From: Eledone cirrhosa
Taxonomy: Eukaryota
Direction of reading: 5' to 3'
Assembly: GCA_964016885.1 (NCBI GenBank)
Contig: OZ024756.1
Location: 20,398,001 to 20,462,000 of the forward strand
DNA: 64,000 nt
The translations under genes were made by a program, and so were the position numbers. Positions 52,620-64,000 of this stretch are shown here, piece after piece. How positions within the stretch are numbered: the stretch's first letter is position 1; the number at the start of each line of letters is the position of its first letter. Under the pieces are notes generated by a model. It was not told the origin of the DNA and searched no databases. It was given only the letters and a program-made list of their open reading frames with translations.

Positions 52620-53510
52620 ACTGTCTTCCAATGAAGGGAGATAAATAGGTAAAAAGAGAAAGAGATAGAGAATGAGTTGGATGAGTGGAAAAGGAAAACT
52701 GTACTCCAATCAAGGGAGATAAATAGGTAAGGAGAGAAAGAGAGAGAATGAGTTGGGTGAATGGAAGGGGGAACTGTCTTCCAGTCAAGGGAGATAAATA
52801 GGAAAGGAGAGAAAGAGAGAATGAGTTGGGTAAATAGGGGGGGGGGACTGTCTTCCAATCAAGGGAGATAAACAGGTAACTATAGAGATAGAGAATGAAT
52901 TGGGTGAAAGGAAGGGGGGGGGGTCCTCCAATTAAGGGAGATAAACAGGTAACTATAGAAAGAGATAGAGAATAAATTGGGTGAGTGGAAGGGGGAACTG
53001 TCCTCCAATCAAGGGAGATAAATAGATAAGGAGAGATAGAGAATGAGTTGGGTGAGTGGAAGGGAGGAACTATCCTCCAATCAAGGGAGATAAATAGGTA
53101 ACTATAGAAAGAGATAGAGAATGAGTTGGGTGAGTGGAGGGGGGGGGGGGGGGGGCTGTCCTCCAATCAAGGGAGATAAATAGGTAACTATAGAAAGAGA
53201 TAGAGAATGAATTGGGTGAGTGGAAGGGGGGGGGTCTGTCCTCCAATCAAGGGAGATAAATAGGTAACTATAGAAAGCGATGGAGAATGAGTTGGGTGAG
53301 TGTGTGCGGGGGGGGGCCTCCAGTCAAGGGAGATAAATAGGTAACTAGAGAATGAGTTGGGTGAGTGTGCGGGGAGACAGTCCTCCAATCAAGGGAGATA
53401 AATAAGTAACTATAGAAAGAGATAGAGAATGAATTGGGTTAGTGGAAGGGGGGGGCGGGGGCTGTCCTCCAATCAAGGGAGATAAATAGGTAACTATAGA
53501 AAGAGATAAA
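52620..53510 (+). repeat. ~75 bp purine-rich tandem repeat (~12 copies)
   Basis: Unit CTGTCCTCCAATCAAGGGAGATAAATAGGTAACTATAGAAAGAGATAGAGAATGAGTTGGGTGAGTGGAAG(G)n. Confidence 0.92.
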
Positions 53511-53812
53511 GAAAGAGTTAGATGGGGCTGAAAATTTACATAGGGGAGGGATGGAAAAGAAAGCAAAAAAATACTCTTCTTGTTAAATTTCTGATGAGAA
53601 AAATATAATTAACTTATCACCTGTTTCAATGTTTTGTTTTTATTGTTCTTTTTAAATTTGTTTTTCTTTTTTTTCACCTTTCAACAATATTATTATATTA
53701 ATCAAAAAAAAAAGAAAACTTTAGTTGTAAAGCAATCCATGGTTTCAAAATTATATATTTATATATACATACGCACACATATACTTATATATATATATAT
53801 GTGTATATATAC

Positions 53813-53847
<35 letters not shown>

Positions 53848-54016
53848 GATCACTAAGTATATGTGTCATGTATATACATGCATATATGTGTGTATGTATA
53901 AACACACATAATATATATATATATATACATATATATATGTGTACATATATTTTTGTACAAATATACACACACATACATACATCTGTATGTAATGTGTCAT
54001 GTATACATATATATAA

Positions 54017-54062
<46 letters not shown>

Positions 54063-54587
54063 CATACATATGCCTGTGTGCGTATGAACACATATACATA
54101 CATGTGTGTGTATATATAAAATAGTAATAAAACTTCATTAAAATTTAACCAATTAACTAAATTTAACTGTTTTTAACACATTGTCTTTAAAAAGAAATTC
54201 CCAAAGGCTTTTCCTTCCTTCCTTCCTTCCTTCTTTCTTTCTTTCTTTATAACATTCCAACAAATATCTTTTCCAATGTTTAGTGAGATTTTTTTCTTCT
54301 GAATTTCATTCACATTTCTTTCTAGTTCTTTCTTTTCTTTCTCTTTCTCTCTTTATTTTCATTGCCACCACCCACCCATCCCCCCATCCTGCCCGTGATT
54401 CCAAACCCCCCACCCCACCCCACCCCACCCCACCCCCTTCATTATACTACCCTCCGATAGCAGTAAATATCATATCACTTCATTCTACTGCATGCTAAAA
54501 AAAAAAAAATAAAAAAAAAAATAAAAAGTCCACTGCATGCATCTACTCCCCCCATCACATACATACATACATACATACATACATACA

Positions 54588-54619
<32 letters not shown>

Positions 54620-54656
54620 CATACATACATTACATATACACAAACACACATTTTTT

Positions 54657-55265
54657 TCAGTCGTTTTTCGAGGAAGGAGCACTGCTCCCTTTGCCCTCCT
54701 CAGCAACACTGGAAGCAGGTTTGTCAAACTCAGCTGCTGGTTCAGCTTTAATTTTGTCTGGAGCTGACCACCGTCTTTTGCGCCCCTGTTGAACTCCCAA
54801 GCCACTATTACTAATGTTGGTAGCAGTACTATTTTTATTGCTACTAATGTCTTCTGGAGCGATATTTGTCTGTGTTTCCGTACTGTGCGTAGTAGTTTGT
54901 TTTGGATAATAACCCATGGCTGCAGGGGGACTGCGATGCCGACTTAAATAAGATAACTGGTTTTGTTGGCAGTTAGACAGCATTGAAGACGATGCTGATG
55001 TAGAAGAAGTAGTAGAAGCAGTGTTAGCAGTTCGGAAGTTGGAGTGGACGTCTCCATCAGATTTGGTCCCCTTAAAGCTTTGTTGGTAATGGGGATGGAT
55101 GGTATCCCGTTGCGCTTCTTTGTGTGTCAAAGATATGCAGACATCCCCAACCGATAACTTGTGGCAATCAAGGCCATAGCGCTTTATTGTTCGTTGAGGA
55201 CAGCATGATGACCAGCCCTTGCCAAAAACAAAGAACGGATGCTCCAGTGTGGCCTCCACAGTCAC
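54657..55265 (-). CDS. ATXN1: Ataxin-1 orthologue, last coding exon (C-terminal AXH and RKRRWSAP motif)
   Basis: Acceptor TTTCGTCAG|GTG, phase 0. VTVEATLEHPFFVFGKGWSSCCPQRT...CHKLSVGDVCISLT continues the AXH domain. GRKRRWSAPD corresponds to the human S776 NLS/14-3-3 motif. Stop ends at 54657. Confidence 0.95.
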   Translation of the reverse strand: MTVEATLEHPFFVFGKGWSSCCPQRTIKRYGLDCHKLSVGDVCISLTHKEAQRDTIHPHYQQSFKGTKSDGDVHSNFRTANTASTTSSTSASSSMLSNCQQNQLSYLSRHRSPPAAMGYYPKQTTTHSTETQTNIAPEDISSNKNSTATNISNSGLGVQQGRKRRWSAPDKIKAEPAAEFDKPASSVAEEGKGSSAPSSKND

Positions 55266-55839
55266 CTGACGAAATAAGAAAAAACAAAAAAAGAAAGAAT
55301 ATTTTAAATATTTTACAATAGAAATAAAAATAATCAAATCAACTATGAATGAACAACCAAGAATTAAATTAATGTATATGTCTATGTGTGTGTATTGGTG
55401 TGTGTGTGTATGTGTATGTGTAACCTGCTCATGTTGATCTTTTCTTCTTTTCGGGTTATAGTTACTGTCGCTCAAAGAGTGGGATTGGCTCAGTGCACAG
55501 TGTTTCCTCACTTTAAAAAAAATCTTCACGCACAGGCATTGCACGATGGCTTTAATTGATAATGATTAATAATGTTATATCGTGCAATGGCCATACTCGA
55601 TAATGAGGGGGCAGCCATCATGTGTGTGTGTGTATGTATGTATGTATGTATGTATGTATGTATGTATGTATGTATGTATGTATGTATAAGGATTTGTTGA
55701 AAGCCTCCTTGAAAGACGACATCTCTGCTGATCGTAATAAATGGAGAAAAACTGTACATGAGAGGAAAGATGCTTTTCAAGCATCTCGAATCTCATATGA
55801 GAAAGTAAAAAGGGATGTCAGGAAGCGCATTGCTGTTAC

Positions 55840-56068
55840 ATTTAACATACATTTAACCTATATTTAACCAGTATTTAACCCATATTTAACTGATATTTAA
55901 TCAGTATTTAACCAATATTTAACCCATATTCAACCAGTATTAAACCAGTATGAAACCAATATTTAAACAGTATTTAACCTGTATTAAACCAGTATTTAAC
56001 ATATATTTAACCCATATTAAACCAATATCTAACTGATATTTAACCAGTATTTACCTTCATTTAACTAT
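55840..56068 (+). repeat. 11 bp degenerate tandem repeat
   Basis: (ATTTAACCAGT)n variants. Confidence 0.85.
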
Positions 56069-56128
56069 ACAATACATTTAAGGTAAATAAAATATATTAG
56101 TTTAATACTTCATATAGAAGGAAAACAA

Positions 56129-56165
56129 TCTTAATCTTTTGGATGTTAGTGCTTCATCAGAAAAT
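56129..56165 (-). ncRNA. Degenerate hammerhead (family B) in an ataxin-1 intron
   Basis: Minus strand CTGATGA-AGCA(CTAACA)TCC-AAAAGATT-AAGA, with GAAA mutated. The upstream sequence matches the 16563 copy. Confidence 0.5.
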
Positions 56166-56276
56166 GGAATGAGAAATAAAAGAGATAGGAAGATGCATGA
56201 GTGCGAGAAGATGCAAGAGTGTGAGAAGAGGAAGAAATTATGATGATGATGATATATAAATATACATATTGTGATG

Positions 56277-56840
56277 ATGTGTTGTTTCCTTGAGCAAGAC
56301 ACTTTATTTCATATTGCTCCAGTTTATTCAGCTGTAGAAATTAGATGATAGGACCGGTGTCCCTATCATTCCACTGTAAAGTGGACGTGGAGGTGCCACG
56401 GAAAAAAAGCACCCAGCCCACACTGTAAAGTGGTCGTGTAGGTGCCATGGCAAAAAAGCACCCAGCCCACACTGTAAAGTGGTCGTGGAGGTGCCACGGC
56501 AAAAAGGCACCCAGCCCACACTGTAAAGTGGACGTGGAGGTGCCACGGAAAAAAAGCACCCAGCCCACACTGTAAAGTGGACGTGGAGGTGCCACGGAAA
56601 AAAAGCACCCAGCCCACACTGTAAAGTGGGCGTGTAGGCGCCACGGAAAAAAAGCACTCAGCACTCCTCACTGTAAATGAGGTTGGTGTTAGGAAGGGCA
56701 TCCAGCAATCGAGCCAGAATCAGTTCCCGTATGAGCAAGACAAGGTCAACCGACCGGACACTGCCTACAACAGGACAGCCCGTCTAACCCATGCTAGCGT
56801 GGAAGAATGGACGTAAAACGGTGATGATGATGATGATGAT
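56277..56840 (+). mobile_element. 5'-truncated SINE of the same family with internal ~49 bp tandem amplification, antisense in the ataxin-1 intron
   Basis: Repeats of CACTGTAAAGTGGACGTGGAGGTGCCACGGAAAAAAAGCACCCAGCCCA. The (GAT)n tail ends ~23 bp from the donor site. Confidence 0.85.
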
Positions 56841-56863
56841 ATATATGAATGTATGTGATATAC

Positions 56864-58580
56864 CTGAACTTTATTTTCACCAACCAGAAAGCTGAGAATG
56901 GTGGTTCCAACATCTACATTTTCATCTGTTCGGACGACTGTACTGGAATCTATTTTCAGGTCAGCACTGATCTCGGCACTATGGATAAAATCATTTGTCT
57001 GTAAGTCTTCAACACGTTTCAGGTCACCGTTGGCTAGCTGGATGATTGACCCCTTAATGAAATGTGGAGGATAGTGAAGATGTGGTGTCATTGGAGTATT
57101 GGCTATTAGACCAGGAGATGATCTTGAACCTTGCAGTTGCTGTTGTTGTTGTTGTTGTTGGTGATGTTGTTGGTGATGTTGTTGTTGCTGTTGTTGTTGG
57201 TGGTGCTGCTGCTGCTGCTGCTGTTGTTGTTGATGTGGATGTTGTTGGTGGTGGTGTTGTTGTTGTTGTTGTGGTTGTTGTTGGTGGTGTGGTTGGTGGT
57301 GGTGTTGTTGTTGTTGTTGTTGTTGTTGTCCCACCACGCCACCAATTTCACAGCCTGTCGATGCCATCTCACTGATTGACTTTGACCGTTTTGCTGGCGA
57401 AATAGCTTCTGATTTATGGTAAGGTTTCGCCCCGGCAGACAAAACCTGCTCTGGTTCTACGACTGGAGATTCGTTGATTTGAATGTTTGGTGGCCTGGTA
57501 AGTATACGGTGTTTCAAACTACCCTCTTTGCCACTTGGTAACTTGTAACCTGAGTCTTTATTGAGATCTGGCTTTGGGGTGGTGGTGGTGGCGGTTGTGG
57601 TTGTGGTGGTGGTGGTGGTGGAGTCCTTCAGCGAGGAACTGCCTTTATTCTGAGTCGATAAGGGAGATAACTGACGAGAGTGCAAGTGTTTCTGTTGTTG
57701 GGATGAAAGTGAATGAGGAGACTTGTCCTCTTTTGAAAGACTATGAGAAGATACGACTCCACGGGGCGAGTGGCCATAACCATCGACGTTTGTTGCCTCG
57801 GTCAGCGAGTCCCTCATTTGCTCCTGTTTGGGAGAGTGTTGGTGCATAAGGGCTGATTGGTTGGGCGAGTGTCCGAGGCTGCCGGCGGAGCTGGGAGAGG
57901 TGGTCGGAGTCGCATTCCGATGAGAGGACAGGGGAGAGTATTGTGAAATATGAGTTGGCATGAATGTGCGAGGTAGCTGCGATTGGCTGACATGCTGGGC
58001 GTGGCTGCCCATGCTGGCAAGGACAGCGGAGTAAGAGTCCAAGTGGGAGTAATGACCAGGTGGTGATAACAGGCAATTGGTGGAATAACCCTGGGGATAC
58101 TGAGGGTAGAATGTATTGTAAGGTGACACAGCACCTGACGCTACATGGCCAGCTGGCTGCCCATGTATACTATACAGAGAAGGAAATGAAGCTAAGGTGC
58201 TGTTGGCCGTTGTGTAGAGGGAGTTACCGTATTGACCAGCGTGGTAGATCCTTGGTGCTGGGTCAGCAACAGTTGGTGAAGGCCGAAATAAGCTGCCAAT
58301 AGACGATTGGCTGCTGTTGAGAACCGATTGCATCTCCAGACCAGGCTGTGTAGCTGTGCGCACGGAATGCAAGCTTTCTGCTGCTTGGACAACAGTCTGA
58401 GCAGTGTAGCCACCGGTAAGAAGGCTACTGTGAACGGGACGAAGTGGTAAAGAAGGTGCTACACTTTGAGTCGAGCCATCGCCGGTGCTGGTGTTTGGGA
58501 AGCAAGAGAAACGATGTGGAGTTGTTACTGAACTGCTTTGATGAGGAACAGTAACTCTGCCATTCTGACCGCAGCCATTT
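56864..58580 (-). CDS. ATXN1: Ataxin-1 orthologue, main coding exon (Ser/Pro-rich N-terminus, polyT, polyQ/H, N-terminal part of AXH domain)
   Basis: Translation YPPHFIKGSIIQLANGDLKRVEDLQTNDFIHSAEISADLKIDSSTVVR...GENKVQ matches the ataxin-1 AXH domain. Acceptor TATTCCAG| at 58581 and donor CAG|GTATAT at 56863. Confidence 0.95.
57137..57328 (-). repeat. Coding polyQ/H tract (64 codons: 45 Q, 16 H, 3 P), mostly CAA/CAC
   Basis: Read directly from the exon translation, just upstream of the AXH domain. Confidence 0.95.
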
Positions 58581-58653
58581 CTGGAATAATAGAAATAATA
58601 AAATAAAATTTGAAAAACAAAACAAAACAAAACAAACAAGAGTGAAAGATATG

Positions 58654-59197
58654 TTAACTCTTTAGCATTTAAACCGGCCATATCCGGCCACAGTTCTCTC
58701 ACCTCTTCCTACTCAAACCTGCCCTAACTGGCTGCTTATACTTATGTTAAGGTATTGTTCTCAAAATAAATTATATCAAAACCATATAGATCTGAGATCT
58801 GAAAGCTTAAGTTGATCTCTTCCATTAACTCTTTAGCATTTAAACCGGCCATATCCGGCCACAGTTCTCTCACCTCTTCCCTAACTGGCTGCTTATACTT
58901 ATGTTAAGGTATTGTTCTCAAAATAAATTATATCAAAATCATATAGATCTGAAATCTGAAAGCTTAAGTTGATCTCTTCCATTAACTCTTTAGCATTTAA
59001 ACCAGCCATACCCGGCCAGAATTCTCTCACCTCATTCTGTTCAAACCAGCTGTAACTAGCCACTCATACTGATGTTAAGGTATTGTTCTCAAAATAAATA
59101 ATATCAAAATCTCATAGATTTGATATTATGTGAGATAAAGCCTTTACCATGAAAATACAATAGTATATATAGAGTAATGTAAATGCTAAAGGGTTAA
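58654..59197 (+). mobile_element. piggyBac-type MITE cluster (two partial copies and a full copy at 58986-59193); more at 27877-28000, 59900-60052, 63135-63862
   Basis: Repeated TTAACTCTTTAGCATTTAAACCGGCC starts, ending AATGCTAAAGGGTTAA. Confidence 0.8.
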
Positions 59198-59621
59198 AAG
59201 ATGGATATCAAAGCTAATTTTAATAGGAATACAAATATAACTAGGAAATAAGTTTAATTATTTGGAAGCTTGACATGACATTTCTAATTCTTATTACCTT
59301 GGCACTTATAGCCTCACACACAGGCTTCCAAATATTTAAACTTATTTCCTAGTTGTATTTTGTATTTCTTATTCCACAATGCTTCAAGCAAACAACACGT
59401 TATTGATAGGAATATTTTTAAATGGGATGGATTTCAATAGAAATACAATCATGAAAGGGTTTATTTTAACTGCTGCGTATATTTACACAGCTACAGTTGC
59501 TGTGCCGGTTTTTTTTTCCAGTAAAATGACTATTTTTTTAAACAAACATTTATTAACAACACATATCTGAATGATTGACAAACATCACATCAATAAACTA
59601 GTAACCCCATCTAGCTCTGAA

Positions 59622-59760
59622 GCTATGAACTGTTGGAAACGAGTTCATAACTTTGAAGTTATGAACTGTTGGAAACGAGTTCATAACTTTGAAGTTATGA
59701 ACTGTTGGGAAAGAGTTCATAACTTTGAAGTTATGAACTGTTGGGAAAAGAGTTCAAACA
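59622..59760 (+). repeat. 33 bp tandem repeat (~4 copies)
   Basis: TATGAACTGTTGGAAACGAGTTCATAACTTTGAAGT, with an internal hairpin. Confidence 0.85.
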
Positions 59761-60834
59761 TGTTAGGACGAGTTATCTCATCTGTGGCACTGGGATGCAT
59801 AAATGTGAGGACGAGTTATCTCGTCCACAGCACTGAAGAGGTTAAATGAGAGAAAAGCATACTCTGGGTTTATCTGATTTGGTTTTTTTATCCAACAGTA
59901 AATATAGAGTAATGTAATGCTAAAGAGTTAACCCTTTTAGCATTGAAACCGGCCATATCCAGCCAGAATTCTCTCACCTCTTTCTGTTAAAATCTGCCGT
60001 AACAGGCTGCTCATACTTATGTTAAGGTATTGTTCTCAAAATAAATAATATCAAAAAAGCACCCATCACACCCTGTAAAGTGGTAGTGTTGGTGCCACAA
60101 TAAAATACAGCCAGCACAACCTATAAAGTGGTAGTGATGGGTGCCATGATGAAATACACCCAGTAAAGTGAGAGTGTTTGTACCATGAAAAAAAAGCACC
60201 CAGCACATCCTGTAAAGTGGTAGTGTCCGTGTGCCATGAAAAAGAAGTATACTCTGTAAGATGGTTTAGTATTAGGAAGGGTGCCCATCCAGCCGAAGAA
60301 ACCATGCCAAATGTGGAATGCATGAGTAAAGATGGGTCACTCTGACCTATCTGACCTCGGCCCGCGACAACCTGTCCAACCCATGCCAGCAGAGATAAAA
60401 TGATGATGATGATGAATAACCATGCCAAATATGGAATGCATGAGTAAGATGGTTCGCTCTAACCTATCTGACCTCGGCCCACGACGACCTGTCCAACCCA
60501 TGCCAGCAGACCATGGAAAGCAGACTTAAAATGATGATGATGATGATGATGTGTGCCTAACTTTCTTTCTAAAGGAAATAATTTACCAAAATATGTTCAG
60601 CTACAGGTGTGACATCAGGAAGATATGTCTAGGAACAACAACAACAACAACAACAACAACAACCACCACAACAAAGAAAAACACTTGTTGTTTTAACTCC
60701 TCTGGAATGGAATTTTTCTAGTAGCTTCTTTGTTAATCACAGCAGACATTGTGAAGACACAATATAGTTGGTTGGTTGGTTCAACAACACAAGAATATAT
60801 TACAAACTGCTTCATTATTATTATTATTATTACT

Positions 60835-61345
60835 AACTTTGCCTTTCATCCTTACGGGGTCGATAAAATAAAGTACCAGTAATGTACTGGGTAATTGCTG
60901 GCCTTGTGCCAAAAGTAGAAACAATTTAAACTACTACTACTACTACTACTACTGAAGGCGGTGGATTGGCAGTATCGGTAGAGAGTTGGATGCCATGCTT
61001 TCCAGCAAGGAGTTACGGCCCTTTACGATCCGAGTTCAAATCCCGCCGAGGTTAACTTTGCCTTTCATCCTTACGGGGCCGATAAAATAAAGTACCAGTA
61101 ATGCACTGGGATAATTGCTGGCCTTGTGCCAAATGTAGAAACAATTATTATTACTACTACTACTACTGTGGACGGTGGAGGGTTGGACACCATGCTTTGA
61201 TGCATAGAGTTACGACCCTTGCCATTCTGAGTTCAAATCCTGCCGAGGTTAACTTTGCCTTTCATCCTTACGGGGTTGATAAAACAAAGTACCAGTAATG
61301 TACTGGGGTAATTGCTGGCCTTGTGCCAAATGTAGAAACAACTAT
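60835..61345 (+). mobile_element. Tandem Deu/Nin-domain tRNA SINEs; others at 225-385, 2220-2350, 6820-7340, 16915-17025, 29720-29875, 31920-32300, 62395-62785
   Basis: GGCGGTGGATTGGCAG head and B box GAGTTCAAATCC, then CTTTGCCTTTCATCCTTACGGGGTCGATAAAATAAAGTACCAG, which resembles the conserved Deu/Nin domain. Confidence 0.75.
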
Positions 61346-61863
61346 TACTACTACTACTACTATTATTATTATTAAAGTGAAGGTAACATTATCTCTGAAG
61401 AGTTGAGGATGATGATGATGATGATGATGATGAGGAGCAAATAGTCACAGACAAATTTGAAAGAGAAGAGAAAATGAGAGCAAAGAACTTGAGGAAGAGG
61501 AAGCAAAGAGAGCATGGGAAAGAGAGAGAGAGAGTGTGTGTGTGTGTGTGTGTGAGAAATAGAAAAAAAAGCAGAATGTCGATGGAAGAGAGAAAGATAG
61601 AGAGAGGGTGTGGGAAAGAGAGTGTGTGAGAGAGAGGCAGATTGTGAGAGAGAGAGATAGATAAAGAGATTGAAAAGACATATCTCAACACTCACACATA
61701 CTGTATATATAAATATATAAAACAGCATATAAGTCAGACATGTTGAATAATAAAAAAAAAAAAACTAAATATATATATAAATAAATAAACCACCAATAAA
61801 TATACAAATATATAAATACATACATAAATAAATAAATAAATGTGAAATTTGAAAGACACTCAC

Positions 61864-61871
61864 CTGTTCAT
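61864..61871 (-). CDS. ATXN1: Ataxin-1 probable first coding segment (ATG AAC AG)
   Basis: ATGAACAG|GTGAGT is a consensus donor and joins in frame to exon 58580 (M-N-R-N-G-C-G-Q). An in-frame TAA lies 15 nt upstream. 8+1717+609 = 2334 nt = 777 aa plus stop. Candidate acceptors at 61924 (GTTTCCAG) or 62325 (TTTTGCAG). Confidence 0.7.
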
Positions 61872-62796
61872 CTGTTTCTTAACTTAGTTATCTGCATATC
61901 TCCATTCATTAATAAGATATGTGCTGGAAACAAACAAACAAACAAACAAACAACAGCAGCAGCAGATATAAGCAGTTGTTCCACCAGATATTATCACACA
62001 AACATGGAGGAGGTTTTGAGGTTTGTTATTGTCTGTCTTGTTGTTGCTGATGATGTTGCTGTTGAATGTTGATGTTGGTTGTTGCTATTGTTGGTGGTTG
62101 TTGTAGTTGTCTCCCCTGTTTCCTTTGAAGCTTTTTTTTACAGATAAAATGGTAAAAACCAAAACTAAACAAACAACAAGTATTCCTTGCTGTGATTTTT
62201 AAGAGTATTTGTGCTTTTCAGTCTTCAGTAGTGTAGGTACAGACTTGTTAAACCAATGGAGACGAATTGTAGCTGCGTTCTGAATGGGAGGGAAGACGAT
62301 CTTGCTATCTTTAACCAACAATCTCTGCAAAAGTAAAATAAATAAAATAAAATAAAATAAAATAAAATAAAATAAAATAATAATAATAATGATCTCTACT
62401 ATAGGCACAAGGCCAAACTTTTAGGGAGGGGGGGGGGGGTCGATTTAATCGATCCCAGTGCATTACAGTACTTTATTTTATCGATCTCGAAAGGATGACA
62501 GGCAAAGCAGACCAAGGCGGGATTTGAATTCAGGACATAAAGAGCTGGAATGAATGCCGCAAAGCATTTTCTCAAACACTTTAACGATTCTGCCAATCCA
62601 CTGCCCTTAAATTGAAGGGGAGGGGAAAATCGATTAAATTGACCCCAGTGCATTACTGGCACTTTATTTTATCAACACTGTAAGGCAAAGCTAACCTCAG
62701 CGTTATTTAAACTCAGATCGTAAAGGGCTGTAACTCTATGCTGTAACGCATGTTGTCCGATGCTCTACTGATTCTGCCAATCCTAATAATAATAAT

Positions 62797-63130
62797 GGTC
62801 TCTTAATTGGCCACAAGGGCCTACATATAGGGGACAAAAGACAGGGACAGTGGAGGGGTTTACAATCAAATCAAGTAAAAAAAATAAATACAACAATAAC
62901 AATAAACATGGAAAAATAGAAAGAACAGAATTCCCCAATAGAGGAGGGGGGGCTACAGGGGTGACTCTGGTAGCCCAGCAATCCTAAACCAATCGTTGTG
63001 AGTAGATCTGGGTAAATGGAAACTTGAAATGGACTGTACATGTAATTCAATGTATTGTGTCATGCCAGATCTCCCTGAGAAGTGTGTTGACCAAACAATT
63101 GGAACACACATCATTGATACATGACAGATA
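62797..63130 (-). mobile_element. Probable 3' fragment of a related Tx1-like LINE
   Basis: The end (ggccacaagggc...ggggacaaa...ggggtttaca...ttccccaatag) resembles the 3' UTR at 7776-7905. Confidence 0.5.
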
Positions 63131-63169
63131 TCCATTAACCTTTTAGCATTAACCATTTACAATACTCTA

Positions 63170-63461
63170 CTAGCCAAAGAGCCCGTCGTTGCTGGGCACA
63201 TCTCGTTCTCTCTCGCCCTCCACTGTTGCCAGTTAATAAAGACCTACCTCAACCCGTCTGTATTTTTCTACTAACACTGCTACCACGTCTGTCTTCCCCC
63301 ACCTTCACCACAGTCAATAAAGACCCCCCCCCCCCACCCCGGTGCTCCAGGAGCTTAAATAACATATGTATCAAATTTGAACAAAATCGGATGGAAACTG
63401 TGGAAATGCATCGCCTGCATACTGATGGACAGAGAGACAGATATTTTCGTTTTTATATAGA
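63170..63461 (-). mobile_element. Short non-autonomous Helitron
   Basis: 5' TCTATATAAAA, 3' GCCC(AGCAACGAC)GGGC hairpin then CTAG. Inserted at A|T with no TSD, inside a piggyBac MITE. Confidence 0.8.
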
Positions 63462-64000
63462 TATTTACTATTGTATTTTCACAGTAAAGGTTTTTCCTCA
63501 CATAATATCGAATCTATGAGATTTTGATATTATGTATTTTGAGAACAGTACCTTAACATCATTATGAACAGCTGGTTACAGCTGGTTTGAACAGAAAGAA
63601 ATGAGAGAATTCTGGCTGGTTTAAGTGCTAAACGGGTTAACTCTAACATTTACATTAGTCTATATTTACTATTGTATTTTTGCGGTAAAGGTTTTACCTC
63701 ACATAATTATCTTACATAATATCGAATCTATGAGATTGTGATATTATGTATTTTGAGAACTGTACCTTAACATCAGTATGAGCAGCCAGTTATGGCCAGT
63801 TTGAACAGAAAGGGGTGAGAGAATTCTGGCCGGATATGGCCGGTTTAAATGCTAAAGAGTTAAGTTTGTGAGCCGAAGTTCCACTATGATTTATATTTCA
63901 CTCTTTTAAAGTGGACGTGTAAAGGACACGGCAAAACGCACCCAGCCCACACTGTAAAGTGGACAGTGTAAAGGACACGGCAAAACGCACCCAGCCCACA

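Noticed and set aside
58581-58702. N-terminal extension of the 645 aa ORF (MRELWPD...)
   Set aside because: This is intronic: a piggyBac MITE and the polypyrimidine tract before the acceptor. The 5' part of ORF 54657-55544 and the tail 56765-56863 are likewise intronic.

Overview
AT-rich eukaryotic genomic DNA dominated by microsatellites and transposon debris. The huge (TA)n tracts and the SINE/RTE content suggest an octopus-like cephalopod (inference only). One host gene is well supported: an ataxin-1 orthologue on the minus strand (coding exons 61864-61871, 56864-58580, 54657-55265; 777 aa) with an AXH domain, a His-interrupted polyQ tract and the RKRRWSAP motif. The rest holds a decayed Tx1/L1-type LINE, RTE 3' ends and their partner tRNA-SINEs, Deu/Nin-type SINEs, piggyBac-, hAT-, mariner- and Tigger-type MITEs, two Helitrons and many tandem repeats, including a ~10.5 kb (TA)n/CA array. 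The most striking unexplained signal is a dense population of short elements from several unrelated families inserted in (TA)n tracts. They carry type I hammerhead ribozyme motifs (about 12 recognisable cores, several intact). Many are snap-back palindromes whose symmetry axis falls on a hammerhead stem (TTTC-[stem II]-GAAA). This suggests Penelope-like/retrozyme remnants made by ribozyme-hairpin-primed fold-back synthesis. Most long ORFs in the track are microsatellite artefacts. Coordinates were read by eye and repeat boundaries are approximate.
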